A DNA stretch of 64,000 nt from Escherichia phage BF17. Positions 1 to 9,125 of the stretch are shown here, piece after piece. The DNA is taken from sequence record MW822008.1. One strand, written 5' to 3'. Position 1 is the stretch's first letter. The number at the start of each line of letters is the position of its first letter. Position numbers and translations under genes: made by a program. The notes under the pieces are model-generated. The model searched no databases. It had not been told where the DNA came from and saw only the letters and a program-made list of their open reading frames with translations.

Positions 1-1
1 A

Positions 2-400
2 GAGCTTGATGTTGGTGAAAGGTATCAGGTGTGGAATAATTCATTTTTTAATAAAGAACATTCTTCGACGGCATTTTATATTTTAGCATTTAATCCCACC
101 AATTGTTACCCAGAGAAGCATGAACGTTATCCGAATGACGACATGTGGTTTGAGTACAAAGAAGATTCTTATATGTCGTCAATTGTAGTTCCTGATGATT
201 TTAATGCACAAGATTTAACAGAAGAGTGGTGGTTCCAGCAGAATTTAGTACATGATGATATTGATTTATTTTTCTATATTGCATTTAAAATGCTTTATCA
301 CAACAATATAGTTAAAGAAAGTGTATCGTTTTCATGTCTATATATTGATGATTTGTACAATGAAATTCAAATAAACATGCCCAGAACGCCTGTATCGTAA
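2..400 (+). CDS. hypothetical protein, FQ-motif paralog family (5' partial, continues upstream of window)
   Basis: Open frame from window edge; motif EEWWFQQNLVHDD. Confidence 0.5.
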   Translation, partial: ELDVGERYQVWNNSFFNKEHSSTAFYILAFNPTNCYPEKHERYPNDDMWFEYKEDSYMSSIVVPDDFNAQDLTEEWWFQQNLVHDDIDLFFYIAFKMLYHNNIVKESVSFSCLYIDDLYNEIQINMPRTPVS

Positions 401-416
401 GATATGGGCTTTTTTC
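379..416 (+). terminator. possible intrinsic terminator
   Basis: gccca/tgggc stem with long loop followed by TTTTTT; weak. Confidence 0.25.
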
Positions 417-425
417 GTTTTGGTA

Positions 426-454
426 TTGACATAGAAGACCAAAGCTGTTATCAT
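426..454 (+). promoter_or_regulatory. sigma70-like early promoter
   Basis: TTGACA (426-431), 17 nt spacer, TGtTATCAT extended -10 (449-454). Confidence 0.4.
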
Positions 455-482
455 GTGTAATCATTTTAAAGGAGAACATATA

Positions 483-995
483 GTGAGTTTCATAATCCCA
501 AGTACATACGAAGATGCATCAAGTGCAGTTCATAAGATTCATTATATTTTTAATTTAATTATTAGATCTGCAAAAATTAAAATGTATGCACCTCTTGTGA
601 CAAATAATCGAAATGAAGAAATTTTTATTAGCACAGACAAAATTATTTTTCCATCTTTCCATGAAGATAGATTGTGGTTCATGCATTTAGCTGCATTACA
701 AAAATATAAAATGTCAATTCGTAATAATTTGGATATACCGTTATATCATCCTGATATTGGAGAGGATGAATATTTTCAGTACAGTACAGTACACCGCCAT
801 GAAGATATCTTTGTTGCTATGCTTATTGCTAAATTGAATACCGTTGATTTGGAGCAGCACAAATATAATAATACATCATGTAAGATCATAATCCCTGCAT
901 TCATAGCTCTTTATGATTATGTGGTGCATAACATAAAAGATGATACATATGCTTTCAATGAAGAGTATTTGGATTTTTTTAAGGAGAACATATGA
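483..995 (+). CDS. hypothetical protein, FQ-motif paralog family
   Basis: Track ORF 453..995; GTG at 483 follows AGGAG RBS and lies downstream of the promoter; motif DEYFQYSTVH. Confidence 0.55.
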   Translation: MSFIIPSTYEDASSAVHKIHYIFNLIIRSAKIKMYAPLVTNNRNEEIFISTDKIIFPSFHEDRLWFMHLAALQKYKMSIRNNLDIPLYHPDIGEDEYFQYSTVHRHEDIFVAMLIAKLNTVDLEQHKYNNTSCKIIIPAFIALYDYVVHNIKDDTYAFNEEYLDFFKENI

Positions 996-1522
996 GCAGT
1001 ACAACAGTACAGAAAGCAATGTCATTCAATGAAATTGGTACATTTAAAGATAAGATCATTGATTGCCTTGAATACATGATTTGTAGTAATATCGAAAGTA
1101 TCGAGATATTTAACAAGACAAATCGCTCTTACCATATGATGTACATTGCAAACAATAATGGTATCATTCCATTTATTTCGGATAGTACAATATGGTACGC
1201 ATGTGATACGAAAAAAACCACAATAGGTTTACATTTATTTGAGACACATTATGATCTAATTATTCCTGAACATTGTATGCAAGAAGAAGAATATTTTCAA
1301 ATGCAATGTATACATTCACCATTAGTGTTGTTTAGTTTATATATTATACCTTATATCACCAAATGTGTTCATGAGAATAAAGCTCCGTGGAATCATGAAT
1401 TTGTATCGTTGAAGTTATTGTATAATGTATTAGTAGAATATTATGATTACAGGCACAATGGTACAATCAGTGATGTATGGGATTTTGAATCGCTAAGGGT
1501 GAAAACATACACAGGTGAATGA
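992..1522 (+). CDS. hypothetical protein, FQ-motif paralog family
   Basis: ATGA overlap with upstream gene; motif EEYFQMQCIH. Confidence 0.6.
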   Translation: MSSTTVQKAMSFNEIGTFKDKIIDCLEYMICSNIESIEIFNKTNRSYHMMYIANNNGIIPFISDSTIWYACDTKKTTIGLHLFETHYDLIIPEHCMQEEEYFQMQCIHSPLVLFSLYIIPYITKCVHENKAPWNHEFVSLKLLYNVLVEYYDYRHNGTISDVWDFESLRVKTYTGE

Positions 1523-2138
1523 TATGACCAGAATTAAAATGTATGATTTGATGCAGTACAGTAAAATTGCCATTCCAGTGCTTAATAAAGTGCTGGATGC
1601 ATTCATTGCCAAATACCCTGAGAATTCAGTGTTATGTATTCCATTTAGCGTTCCAGATAAAGATGATATATTCCAAGTGAATGTCAGTACACGTGGTATT
1701 ACATTACAGCAGAAATACATGGATACGGAATATTATGGAATAAAGTTGGATTCAGTACAGGGTTCAAAATCAGCCTATGATTTTTTTGTTCCTAATAATA
1801 TAGAGTCATGGGAAACAAACATTTCAAAGAAAGATGAAAATGATGTTCCTATTAGTGGTGTGTTCAACAATAAAGTTTTTTATTATTACGAAACCGACAA
1901 ATTCCCTGAAGAGTTATATTACAATTCAGAAATGAATGAAGATGTAGATGCATTCATGTTTCAATTATCTTTAGTACATGATATCATTGATGTTCAAGAG
2001 TTAAGAGCAGAAATCAATTTAGCTAAAGAGTTATCGGACATGCTGCCACCGTTTAGTATGCTTTTTTGTGAAGGTGGTTATTTTTCAAAAGAAGTGTTTG
2101 AACATTTCGTAGATGTTGTAAAAGGGTTGGATATATAG
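1515..2138 (+). CDS. hypothetical protein, FQ-motif paralog family
   Basis: Track ORF; motif AFMFQLSLVHD. Confidence 0.6.
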   Translation: MNDMTRIKMYDLMQYSKIAIPVLNKVLDAFIAKYPENSVLCIPFSVPDKDDIFQVNVSTRGITLQQKYMDTEYYGIKLDSVQGSKSAYDFFVPNNIESWETNISKKDENDVPISGVFNNKVFYYYETDKFPEELYYNSEMNEDVDAFMFQLSLVHDIIDVQELRAEINLAKELSDMLPPFSMLFCEGGYFSKEVFEHFVDVVKGLDI

Positions 2139-2139
2139 T

Positions 2140-2334
2140 ATGCTTACAGTTGATGTTAAACAAAAATACCGTAAGTTTGATTGGTTCACCGATAGTTTCC
2201 AGCTTGAATTATTACATATGAATATCAGTGAAACATTATGTGCAGAAACACAAGATGAATTTGATGATAGAGTGATGAACATAGTAATGCTTTCTTGCTT
2301 TAAACATTTTGGTTATTTTTTCGGACAGAATTGA
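2140..2334 (+). CDS. hypothetical small protein
   Basis: 64 aa ORF abutting neighbours. Confidence 0.4.
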   Translation: MLTVDVKQKYRKFDWFTDSFQLELLHMNISETLCAETQDEFDDRVMNIVMLSCFKHFGYFFGQN

Positions 2335-2342
2335 GGTAAAAA

Positions 2343-2858
2343 ATGCATCAACACAAGCATCATTCATATGATTTTGCAATTAACATTATGAAGTTCATTC
2401 GAGCGTTGGAGGATGGGAAGCTTAGTCATAAGTACAGGAAAGAGGGTAACAATTGGTTCAGAAATGATTCCGAGTTCAGTTGTCATAAAATCGTGTATAG
2501 TAATCAGTACAGTGCCAATTACCTACAAGATGTAGTGATGTGTTTTGAATACGTGTTGCAGTTCAGGGGTTCAATCCAAGATGAGTTGATGGAGAACATG
2601 TACATCCGATACCTTCCAATGCTCAAAGATGAAAATGTATTATTAAATTCAATATACCAACGAGTTCGTGAAATTGAGTGCAGGGATATATTAGATACAG
2701 AAGAATCGTATTTCCAGCAATCCCTGATTTATTCACCTGATTTATTACAGGTACATAATTTGTTTAATACATTACGTCAGAACATCAGTACAGACATATT
2801 TTTGTCATTATCGGATTATGATACATTTGTCAAAGATTTAGAGGAAATAGGATTATGA
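2343..2858 (+). CDS. hypothetical protein, FQ-motif paralog family
   Basis: Motif ESYFQQSLIY. Confidence 0.6.
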   Translation: MHQHKHHSYDFAINIMKFIRALEDGKLSHKYRKEGNNWFRNDSEFSCHKIVYSNQYSANYLQDVVMCFEYVLQFRGSIQDELMENMYIRYLPMLKDENVLLNSIYQRVREIECRDILDTEESYFQQSLIYSPDLLQVHNLFNTLRQNISTDIFLSLSDYDTFVKDLEEIGL

Positions 2859-3196
2859 GTAGATTTTCGGTTTGTGTGGTAAACATAAAAAGTGATGGTA
2901 GTTTAATTGAATTAGATGTATATGATGATGATAATGCATATGGTATTAAAGTACAGGACAATGATGTGCAGTTCAGTTCAAGAACAAATTTTGAAAATCC
3001 AGTCCAAGTTCCTAATTTCATAGAAGATGAAGCAGCACGTTTCCAATACGAAACGGCATATGACAATGTACATATGCATATTATTATGCAACAAAGTTTA
3101 GTTCAATTAGTTCCTTTGTTCAGACAAAATATATATGTACATGAATTGTCGATCAATGACGTTCGCAGTTCCGTATTGTTCGATACAAATATGTAA
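2855..3196 (+). CDS. hypothetical protein, FQ-motif paralog family (divergent)
   Basis: ATGA overlap; motif ARFQYETAYD. Confidence 0.5.
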   Translation: MSRFSVCVVNIKSDGSLIELDVYDDDNAYGIKVQDNDVQFSSRTNFENPVQVPNFIEDEAARFQYETAYDNVHMHIIMQQSLVQLVPLFRQNIYVHELSINDVRSSVLFDTNM

Positions 3197-3206
3197 GGAA
3201 AGTACA

Positions 3207-3749
3207 ATGAGTTTATTAGATACATTAGAAAAAGACAGAAGTGCAATTAAGCGTTTAAAAGAGCAAGTACAAAAGATTGTATACAACGTTGATAAGTTTG
3301 AGGTTCCCGGAAGATTTGGTGATATTTCCCATACGGAGATCAAATCCCTTAAGTCAGATTTGTTGATTAAAAATAAAAATGGGTTGATTTTAGTTTTGAG
3401 TTCAGATATGATGGGGGCAACACATAGTTATAATGCAGTATCGGTGCGTTCAGAGTGTGAAGGTATATATCTATCACAGGGTTTCAATAGCGAGACACAG
3501 GTTTGTTTTTGTGATGCAGTACATGACCCTATGAAGTTCACGAGAAGTGAAGCCCAAGCGTTATTAGAGCTATCAGACGAGAGTTTGTTTCAGTACAGTA
3601 CAATGTATGACAATGATAAGCTTCGTTGTATGTACGCTGTAAAGCATTATACACAGGAGTTCTCTGGATTTGCATACCTTTTAGTTAGAACCAATACCAG
3701 ATATATTGATATGTTAGAAGATTACATCGATAAAGTTGTTAATGTATGA
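3207..3749 (+). CDS. hypothetical protein, FQ-motif paralog family
   Basis: Track ORF 3135..3749; in-frame ATG 3207 after AAGGA; motif ESLFQYSTMYD. Confidence 0.55.
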   Translation: MSLLDTLEKDRSAIKRLKEQVQKIVYNVDKFEVPGRFGDISHTEIKSLKSDLLIKNKNGLILVLSSDMMGATHSYNAVSVRSECEGIYLSQGFNSETQVCFCDAVHDPMKFTRSEAQALLELSDESLFQYSTMYDNDKLRCMYAVKHYTQEFSGFAYLLVRTNTRYIDMLEDYIDKVVNV

Positions 3750-3770
3750 TTTTGTGATGGGATGATGCTA

Positions 3771-3941
3771 ATGAAAGAGTTATTTGAAGATCAGTTCAAT
3801 ACATATGTGGATAATATTCTTTATTCCAGTCGTGCCAGTCAACGAGGAAATCGTGCTTACAATATTGATTACCTATTGGTGGTGCTGAGTTCACAGTACA
3901 CCAATGCGGTACAAAGGGTTTATTATGAAAAGTGCAAGTAA
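3771..3941 (+). CDS. hypothetical small protein (56 aa)
   Basis: Untracked small ORF; overlaps next ORF in another frame. Confidence 0.25.
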   Translation: MKELFEDQFNTYVDNILYSSRASQRGNRAYNIDYLLVVLSSQYTNAVQRVYYEKCK

Positions 3942-4134
3942 TAGTGATATTGCAAAGGAGAAGTTTAAGTGCAGTTTAGATTACGGTTTAAATGATTTTC
4001 TTACATGCACAATGTACAGGGATGATGATTATGAACAATCCGTAATTTCGTTGCACAGATATTTAGAAATAATTTACGCAAGATATCTTAGAAGGTTAGA
4101 GGGAATAGGGGATTGGTATAATGATTACGTTTGA
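3925..4134 (+). CDS. hypothetical protein
   Basis: Track ORF 3904..4134; internal ATG 3925. Confidence 0.35.
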   Translation: MKSASNSDIAKEKFKCSLDYGLNDFLTCTMYRDDDYEQSVISLHRYLEIIYARYLRRLEGIGDWYNDYV

Positions 4135-4357
4135 AGAACCAGAAACAATGAGTCCATATACGATGAAAGGTTTTGAATTCATGATGGATTCGATTTTGAA
4201 GAGTTCGTGTTTAGTACACAATCCTGAGCGTGCAACAGTGAGGGAATATCAGGACAATGCATTACAGCGTGTAATGAATATGTACAGGAATACGAGTCGC
4301 AAGCTTTGTGCGTTGAAAAGGATTGAAGAAATCAAGGTTTCTAGGCTGAATAAATAG
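4121..4357 (+). CDS. hypothetical protein
   Basis: 78 aa track ORF. Confidence 0.45.
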   Translation: MITFEEPETMSPYTMKGFEFMMDSILKSSCLVHNPERATVREYQDNALQRVMNMYRNTSRKLCALKRIEEIKVSRLNK

Positions 4358-4556
4358 AGACGTTTCATTTTGACAGGCCGCTGGAGGGGGTCAAAAAAAT
4401 TTCCGCTGAAAAACATGCTAAGGTATATGTTTAATATAAAGTTTTATATTGTGTTTTTTCAGAGTACAGTTCATGTTTCTTGAAACAAAAAATACCCCGC
4501 CGCCGAACGTTCTCCTTATATTGGAGTTTACCTTATTAATTATAGTAGAGATTAAG

Positions 4557-4934
4557 ATGGAAATAAAATATAATGAATTTTGTGCAAGGACATGGATGTA
4601 CACTGGTGAGTTAGTTACGCACTCTAACTTATACAAGGGTGATTTAAACTACGCTAGGGACAAGATTTTAAAGTACTGGAATGCTGACTTTTATTTGATG
4701 GATTTTAGTACTGGGTTTAGGGGTAAAGCAACCGAGATGTTGGACTATACAGTACTTGATGATTCTGCACTGTTTCAGGCGGCATTAGTATTTGATAAGA
4801 AGTACATCTGTACATTAGAAGAGATGATTGAATTACAGCGTAGAATTAAATGTATTCACAGGGAATGTATAGATATCTGGTGCAGTACTGGTGAAGATGA
4901 TTTTTGTAATCATTTCAATCTAGGGGAAGTGTGA
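4557..4934 (+). CDS. hypothetical protein, FQ-motif paralog family
   Basis: Track ORF 4449..4934; in-frame ATG 4557 after GC-rich leader; motif ALFQAALVFDKKY. Confidence 0.5.
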   Translation: MEIKYNEFCARTWMYTGELVTHSNLYKGDLNYARDKILKYWNADFYLMDFSTGFRGKATEMLDYTVLDDSALFQAALVFDKKYICTLEEMIELQRRIKCIHRECIDIWCSTGEDDFCNHFNLGEV

Positions 4935-5095
4935 TGGAATTTGATTTTTTAATATCAGTACATTCTTTTAAGCACAGTTATCAGTACTTTTGTAATTTAA
5001 ACAAAGGTGATTTGATTATGGATACAGATACAGAGGCTGTATACAGTTCTAATATTCTGTACAAATTCAGTACTAATCTGAAGGAGATTTTATGA
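4934..5095 (+). CDS. truncated paralog (N-terminal duplicate of the 5463 gene), 53 aa
   Basis: Untracked ORF; first ~27 aa near-identical to start of 5463..5819; stop overlaps next ATG. Confidence 0.4.
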   Translation: MEFDFLISVHSFKHSYQYFCNLNKGDLIMDTDTEAVYSSNILYKFSTNLKEIL

Positions 5096-5463
5096 AAAAA
5101 GAAATTAGAATTCAATTCGGTATGAGGAAAAGAGAGGTCATCTGTACACTGAATCATGCGGTCGTGGAAAGCCTTGGTGGTGCATTACAAAAATTCTCCC
5201 ATTTTGTTCTTGTACTATATGAAAATGGGTCTTTTAAAATCTTCACATATGATGATTCAAAAAATTACCGTAATGATTTTGTAAATCTGACAGTACTGTC
5301 AGAAGAGGAATTCTTTCAGGAAAGTACTGTCTGGAATTTACCAGGAGCACCAATTGAATACGTCCGTGCTACACAGGCAGAAATGATCAAAGTAATGCAG
5401 AACTATCCAGAAGATTATATGACTAAGTTTCCTGAATCTATTTATGTAGAGGTTGAGTACTGA
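5092..5463 (+). CDS. hypothetical protein, FQ-motif paralog family
   Basis: Motif EEFFQESTVWN. Confidence 0.6.
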   Translation: MKKEIRIQFGMRKREVICTLNHAVVESLGGALQKFSHFVLVLYENGSFKIFTYDDSKNYRNDFVNLTVLSEEEFFQESTVWNLPGAPIEYVRATQAEMIKVMQNYPEDYMTKFPESIYVEVEY

Positions 5464-5819
5464 TGGAATTTGATTTTTTAATATCAGTACATACTTTCAA
5501 GCACAGTTATCAGTACTTTTGTAATTTAAACAAAGGTGATTTAATGCACAGTGCAAATGAGTATATTCATTACACTCAGGGTAAATTTACATTCATTGAT
5601 TACAGTTCATTACAGTATCCACACCAAGATATGCCGGACTATACATTAATGGATACCGCAGAACTATTCCAAGAATCATTAGTATTTGATAAGAAGTACT
5701 TGTGTACATTTGAAGAAGTTATTGCAATACAAAATGAAATGAAAGAGTATGCTGCTTTGCATAAACCCAATGCAAGTATTAATCAAGAATACAAATTCAA
5801 TTTAGGAATTCAAGAATGA
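5463..5819 (+). CDS. hypothetical protein, FQ-motif paralog family
   Basis: Motif ELFQESLVFDKKY. Confidence 0.65.
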   Translation: MEFDFLISVHTFKHSYQYFCNLNKGDLMHSANEYIHYTQGKFTFIDYSSLQYPHQDMPDYTLMDTAELFQESLVFDKKYLCTFEEVIAIQNEMKEYAALHKPNASINQEYKFNLGIQE

Positions 5820-6175
5820 CATATGATTATTCTATGTACTATTATAAGTTACCTAAAGGATGGGACTTGTGCTGTAATCTTATTAAGGGCGACTCGGAAC
5901 ATGAGTTGAGTTTATATATGCATTACAAAGATTCTTGTTTTAAATTTATTCATGTATCACATGACGACTATGACTATGAATCTGAGAGTCTTATAGATTA
6001 TACAGTACTGGACGATGGTGAACTATTTCAGGCTGCATTAGTGTTTGATAAGAATAAGTACTCCTGTACATTTGAAGAAATGGTTTCTTTGCAAAATGAA
6101 ATGAAGAGATTTGAAAAAGAAAACGTATTTAATCCATCCCCATCAAGAACGAATAATTATTATTTCAATATATGA
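5816..6175 (+). CDS. hypothetical protein, FQ-motif paralog family
   Basis: Motif ELFQAALVFDKNKY. Confidence 0.65.
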   Translation: MTYDYSMYYYKLPKGWDLCCNLIKGDSEHELSLYMHYKDSCFKFIHVSHDDYDYESESLIDYTVLDDGELFQAALVFDKNKYSCTFEEMVSLQNEMKRFEKENVFNPSPSRTNNYYFNI

Positions 6176-6184
6176 GATTATAAA

Positions 6185-6676
6185 ATGACATTACAGAGTT
6201 CATTGGAAAAAGCAAAGAAGATTCATGAGTACATGAATATGGCAAAAGAAGGTTCAGTTTACGGTGTTTTCAAAGACACAAGTACTCAATATTATGTACC
6301 GGATAACCTCCTTTATAATGACTGCTCAGATACAGAAACGTGCGTACTGGATACAGAAACGTGCATACTAGATACCGACCCTAATGATTATGAATGCTTC
6401 ATTAATATGCATAATGAGTACATGGTCTATATTAATGATACAGATACCATCAACAGTACTGACAGCGATTCCAATGACATTATAATTCCGAGTGAAGTAC
6501 TGGAAGGTCCGTGGGATAGTGAAGAGTATTACTTCCAACAAAGTACTGTATATGATAATGAAGTACTTGATGTTATTATAATTATGTGGTACTTTAAAAG
6601 TATTGGTTCTGGGAACTTCTATTTCGATTACAAATACGTAAAGAAAACTGTAGATAACGGTATTAACAGGGGTTGA
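6185..6676 (+). CDS. hypothetical protein, FQ-motif paralog family
   Basis: Motif EEYYFQQSTVYDNEVLDVIIIMWYF. Confidence 0.7.
   Translation: MTLQSSLEKAKKIHEYMNMAKEGSVYGVFKDTSTQYYVPDNLLYNDCSDTETCVLDTETCILDTDPNDYECFINMHNEYMVYINDTDTINSTDSDSNDIIIPSEVLEGPWDSEEYYFQQSTVYDNEVLDVIIIMWYFKSIGSGNFYFDYKYVKKTVDNGINRG
6329..6379 (+). repeat. 21-bp tandem repeat inside CDS
   Basis: gatacagaaacgtgcgtactg x2.4, encodes DTETCVLDTETCILDTD. Confidence 0.6.
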
Positions 6677-6677
6677 A

Positions 6678-7148
6678 ATGAGTTTAGAAAGAGCATTAGA
6701 GATTGCGAAGTTAATTGATTTATGCAGCAAAGAAATTGTAGCAAATTGTCTTAATGGATATCTATTCAAGGAAGGTAAATCATATTGTCGAATGAGATAC
6801 GATGACAGTAGTGAGTACATTCACATGTATGAAGAAAACTTAGATTCTTCTGAAACAACACTCAATGGGTGTGATGTTAATTTGGAAGATAATTACATGT
6901 ACTTCTGTCGTGATGCTGATATTTTAATACAAGATTCTGACATTATATCTGGTGCAGCAGAGAAACATCTTCCGTATTCAGTACTGGATAATGACTGGGG
7001 AAGTGAAGAGTACTACTTCCAGCAGAATACTATCTACGAGGAAGATGTACTTGACAAGCTTGTCATTCTGTGGTACTTTAATAATACAGATTGTCCTAGC
7101 TTCTATTTGGACTTGGATCTACTACGAGTTATTAAAGAGGATATATGA
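6678..7148 (+). CDS. hypothetical protein, FQ-motif paralog family
   Basis: Motif EEYYFQQNTIYEEDVL. Confidence 0.7.
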   Translation: MSLERALEIAKLIDLCSKEIVANCLNGYLFKEGKSYCRMRYDDSSEYIHMYEENLDSSETTLNGCDVNLEDNYMYFCRDADILIQDSDIISGAAEKHLPYSVLDNDWGSEEYYFQQNTIYEEDVLDKLVILWYFNNTDCPSFYLDLDLLRVIKEDI

Positions 7149-7588
7149 GTTTAGCAAGTGCACTTGAACTAGCACACAGAATACATCACTTCCACGATAA
7201 CATAAAAAGTGGGTTCTATGGTGATAAAGTAAGTGCATTTGGTGATGAGTATTATCTATCAGGTATAAAGACATACTCTGATGATATTTTACTTATGGGA
7301 CAGGATAAAGACAATACTATACAGTACTCTTCATGTAGTCAATATACTAATTTTTTTGTATATATTCCAGGTACTAAGATTACTTTTGACACAACAAATA
7401 CACCTGTTGACTTCGGGGTACTTGATGGCCAGTGGGGTACTGAAGAGTATTACTTCCAACAGAGTCTCATTTTTAACCAAGAAATTCTTGATTCCTTGGT
7501 TGTGTTGTGGTACTTTAAGGAATTGAATTTTGAACCATTCTTTCTTGACTGGGGAGCATGTGAATATTTAAGTACAGGGGATTTGTAA
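7145..7588 (+). CDS. hypothetical protein, FQ-motif paralog family
   Basis: Motif EEYYFQQSLIFNQEIL. Confidence 0.7.
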   Translation: MSLASALELAHRIHHFHDNIKSGFYGDKVSAFGDEYYLSGIKTYSDDILLMGQDKDNTIQYSSCSQYTNFFVYIPGTKITFDTTNTPVDFGVLDGQWGTEEYYFQQSLIFNQEILDSLVVLWYFKELNFEPFFLDWGACEYLSTGDL

Positions 7589-8076
7589 TGTCATTACAAA
7601 GTGCATTGAAAGAAGCAAAGAAGATTCATGAGTACATGATTATGGTACAGGAAGGTTCAGTACCAGGTGTATATAAAACATCTGATACTGAATTTTTTGT
7701 AAAAGACCGTGACGATTATGACGAGTCCGAGATATGTGCAGAAACATTAGTACTGCACACTGATACTGGTGACAGTGATAACTGTGAATATCATATGTAC
7801 AATCAGTACATTAGTTATTGTCGTAATGAAGATATTACCATCTACAACACAGATAGTGATGCTGATGACACTATCATTCCTTATTCAGTACTGGAAGGAC
7901 CGTGGGATAGTGAAGAATATTACTTCCAGAATAGTACGTTGTACAATGAAGAAGAATTAGATGTTATTGTAATTATGTGGTATTTCAAAAGTATTGACTC
8001 CAGTAGTTTCTATTTTGATTATGAATATGTAGAGAATACTGTAGGAGAAGGTAATGTCATTACAAAGTGCTCTTGA
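7588..8076 (+). CDS. hypothetical protein, FQ-motif paralog family
   Basis: Motif EEYYFQNSTLYNEEEL. Confidence 0.7.
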   Translation: MSLQSALKEAKKIHEYMIMVQEGSVPGVYKTSDTEFFVKDRDDYDESEICAETLVLHTDTGDSDNCEYHMYNQYISYCRNEDITIYNTDSDADDTIIPYSVLEGPWDSEEYYFQNSTLYNEEELDVIVIMWYFKSIDSSSFYFDYEYVENTVGEGNVITKCS

Positions 8077-8506
8077 AAAAGCAAAAGAACTACATGGATA
8101 CTTTGACGATATAAAGGCAGGAAAGTTCAAAGAAGTGTACAAAGCCGAGAACGGCAACTACTACAAGGATGAAATGTATAATAACTCCGTTGGTGTAAGG
8201 GTTATTCTTGGGTTGAATTCCAATAGTCCTATATCGTTTTCTGAATACAATAGAGATGCAGAATTTATTAGTTATGTTGAAAATGGTAGCATTCGTTTTA
8301 TTAATCGCAAAAAACCATTAATTTTGAATTATGAAGTACTGGAAGGTCCGTGGGATAGTGAAGAGTATTACTTCCAAAACAGTACTGTTTACGATGATGA
8401 AGTACTTGAAGCATTAGTTATTATGTGGTACTTAAAGAGTGTTAACTGTCCTCGATTTTATTTGGATTTCGAAGAACTTCGTAAAGATCCAGAAGGTATA
8501 GAATGA
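8054..8506 (+). CDS. hypothetical protein, FQ-motif paralog family
   Basis: GGAG RBS; motif EEYYFQNSTVYDDEVL. Confidence 0.7.
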   Translation: MSLQSALEKAKELHGYFDDIKAGKFKEVYKAENGNYYKDEMYNNSVGVRVILGLNSNSPISFSEYNRDAEFISYVENGSIRFINRKKPLILNYEVLEGPWDSEEYYFQNSTVYDDEVLEALVIMWYLKSVNCPRFYLDFEELRKDPEGIE

Positions 8507-8817
8507 AAAACTTATTCAGTGTTCAGTACGTCCCTGGTGAAATTAGTTTATTGTATCTGTTTGATCATGATAATTCATTATTACTAGTAGTAAAGAAATG
8601 CCAAGCTAGTTCATTTGTTGAATACATTCACGATAGTGAATATATACCTGATTTTTTAGAGTGTGATTATTACGATGAACATGAATCATTTATTTTCCAG
8701 GAATCGCTCGTGTGGGATAAATCGATCAACTTCTTTACGTTAATTGAATTACAAAAGCAGGTGAAGTATCATTGGAATTACTTAATCACACAGGATTACA
8801 TTGAGATAGAAATATAA
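8503..8817 (+). CDS. hypothetical protein, FQ-motif paralog family
   Basis: Motif ESFIFQESLVWDKS. Confidence 0.6.
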   Translation: MKNLFSVQYVPGEISLLYLFDHDNSLLLVVKKCQASSFVEYIHDSEYIPDFLECDYYDEHESFIFQESLVWDKSINFFTLIELQKQVKYHWNYLITQDYIEIEI

Positions 8818-9125
8818 TGACTAAAAATGAATTTGATTCACTTTGTACGGTTTATAATTCATTAACAGAAATACCTGACTTTATTAATTACATTTCAGCT
8901 TTAAATCAAATTATGCATAGTTTTGAACAATCGTTTGAAGAGAAATATGCTGGTAGAAAAGTTCTATGTCATATGTCAATGTACTTAGGAGATGGTGAGC
9001 CTTACACTACAAGTACTACATGTGAAATAAAAAAATATAATATATTATTGGGGACAATAGAATTCACAGTATCCAATGGTGGTAGTTATATGTACTTTAG
9101 AGATGGAGTGGTTGAATTATTATGA
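8817..9125 (+). CDS. hypothetical protein
   Basis: 102 aa track ORF, no family motif. Confidence 0.5.
   Translation: MTKNEFDSLCTVYNSLTEIPDFINYISALNQIMHSFEQSFEEKYAGRKVLCHMSMYLGDGEPYTTSTTCEIKKYNILLGTIEFTVSNGGSYMYFRDGVVELL

Noticed and set aside
453-482. ATG at 453 as start of the second gene
   Set aside because: It lies inside the -10 element of the promoter at 426-454; the GTG at 483 after AGGAG is more consistent, though read-through translation from 453 cannot be excluded.
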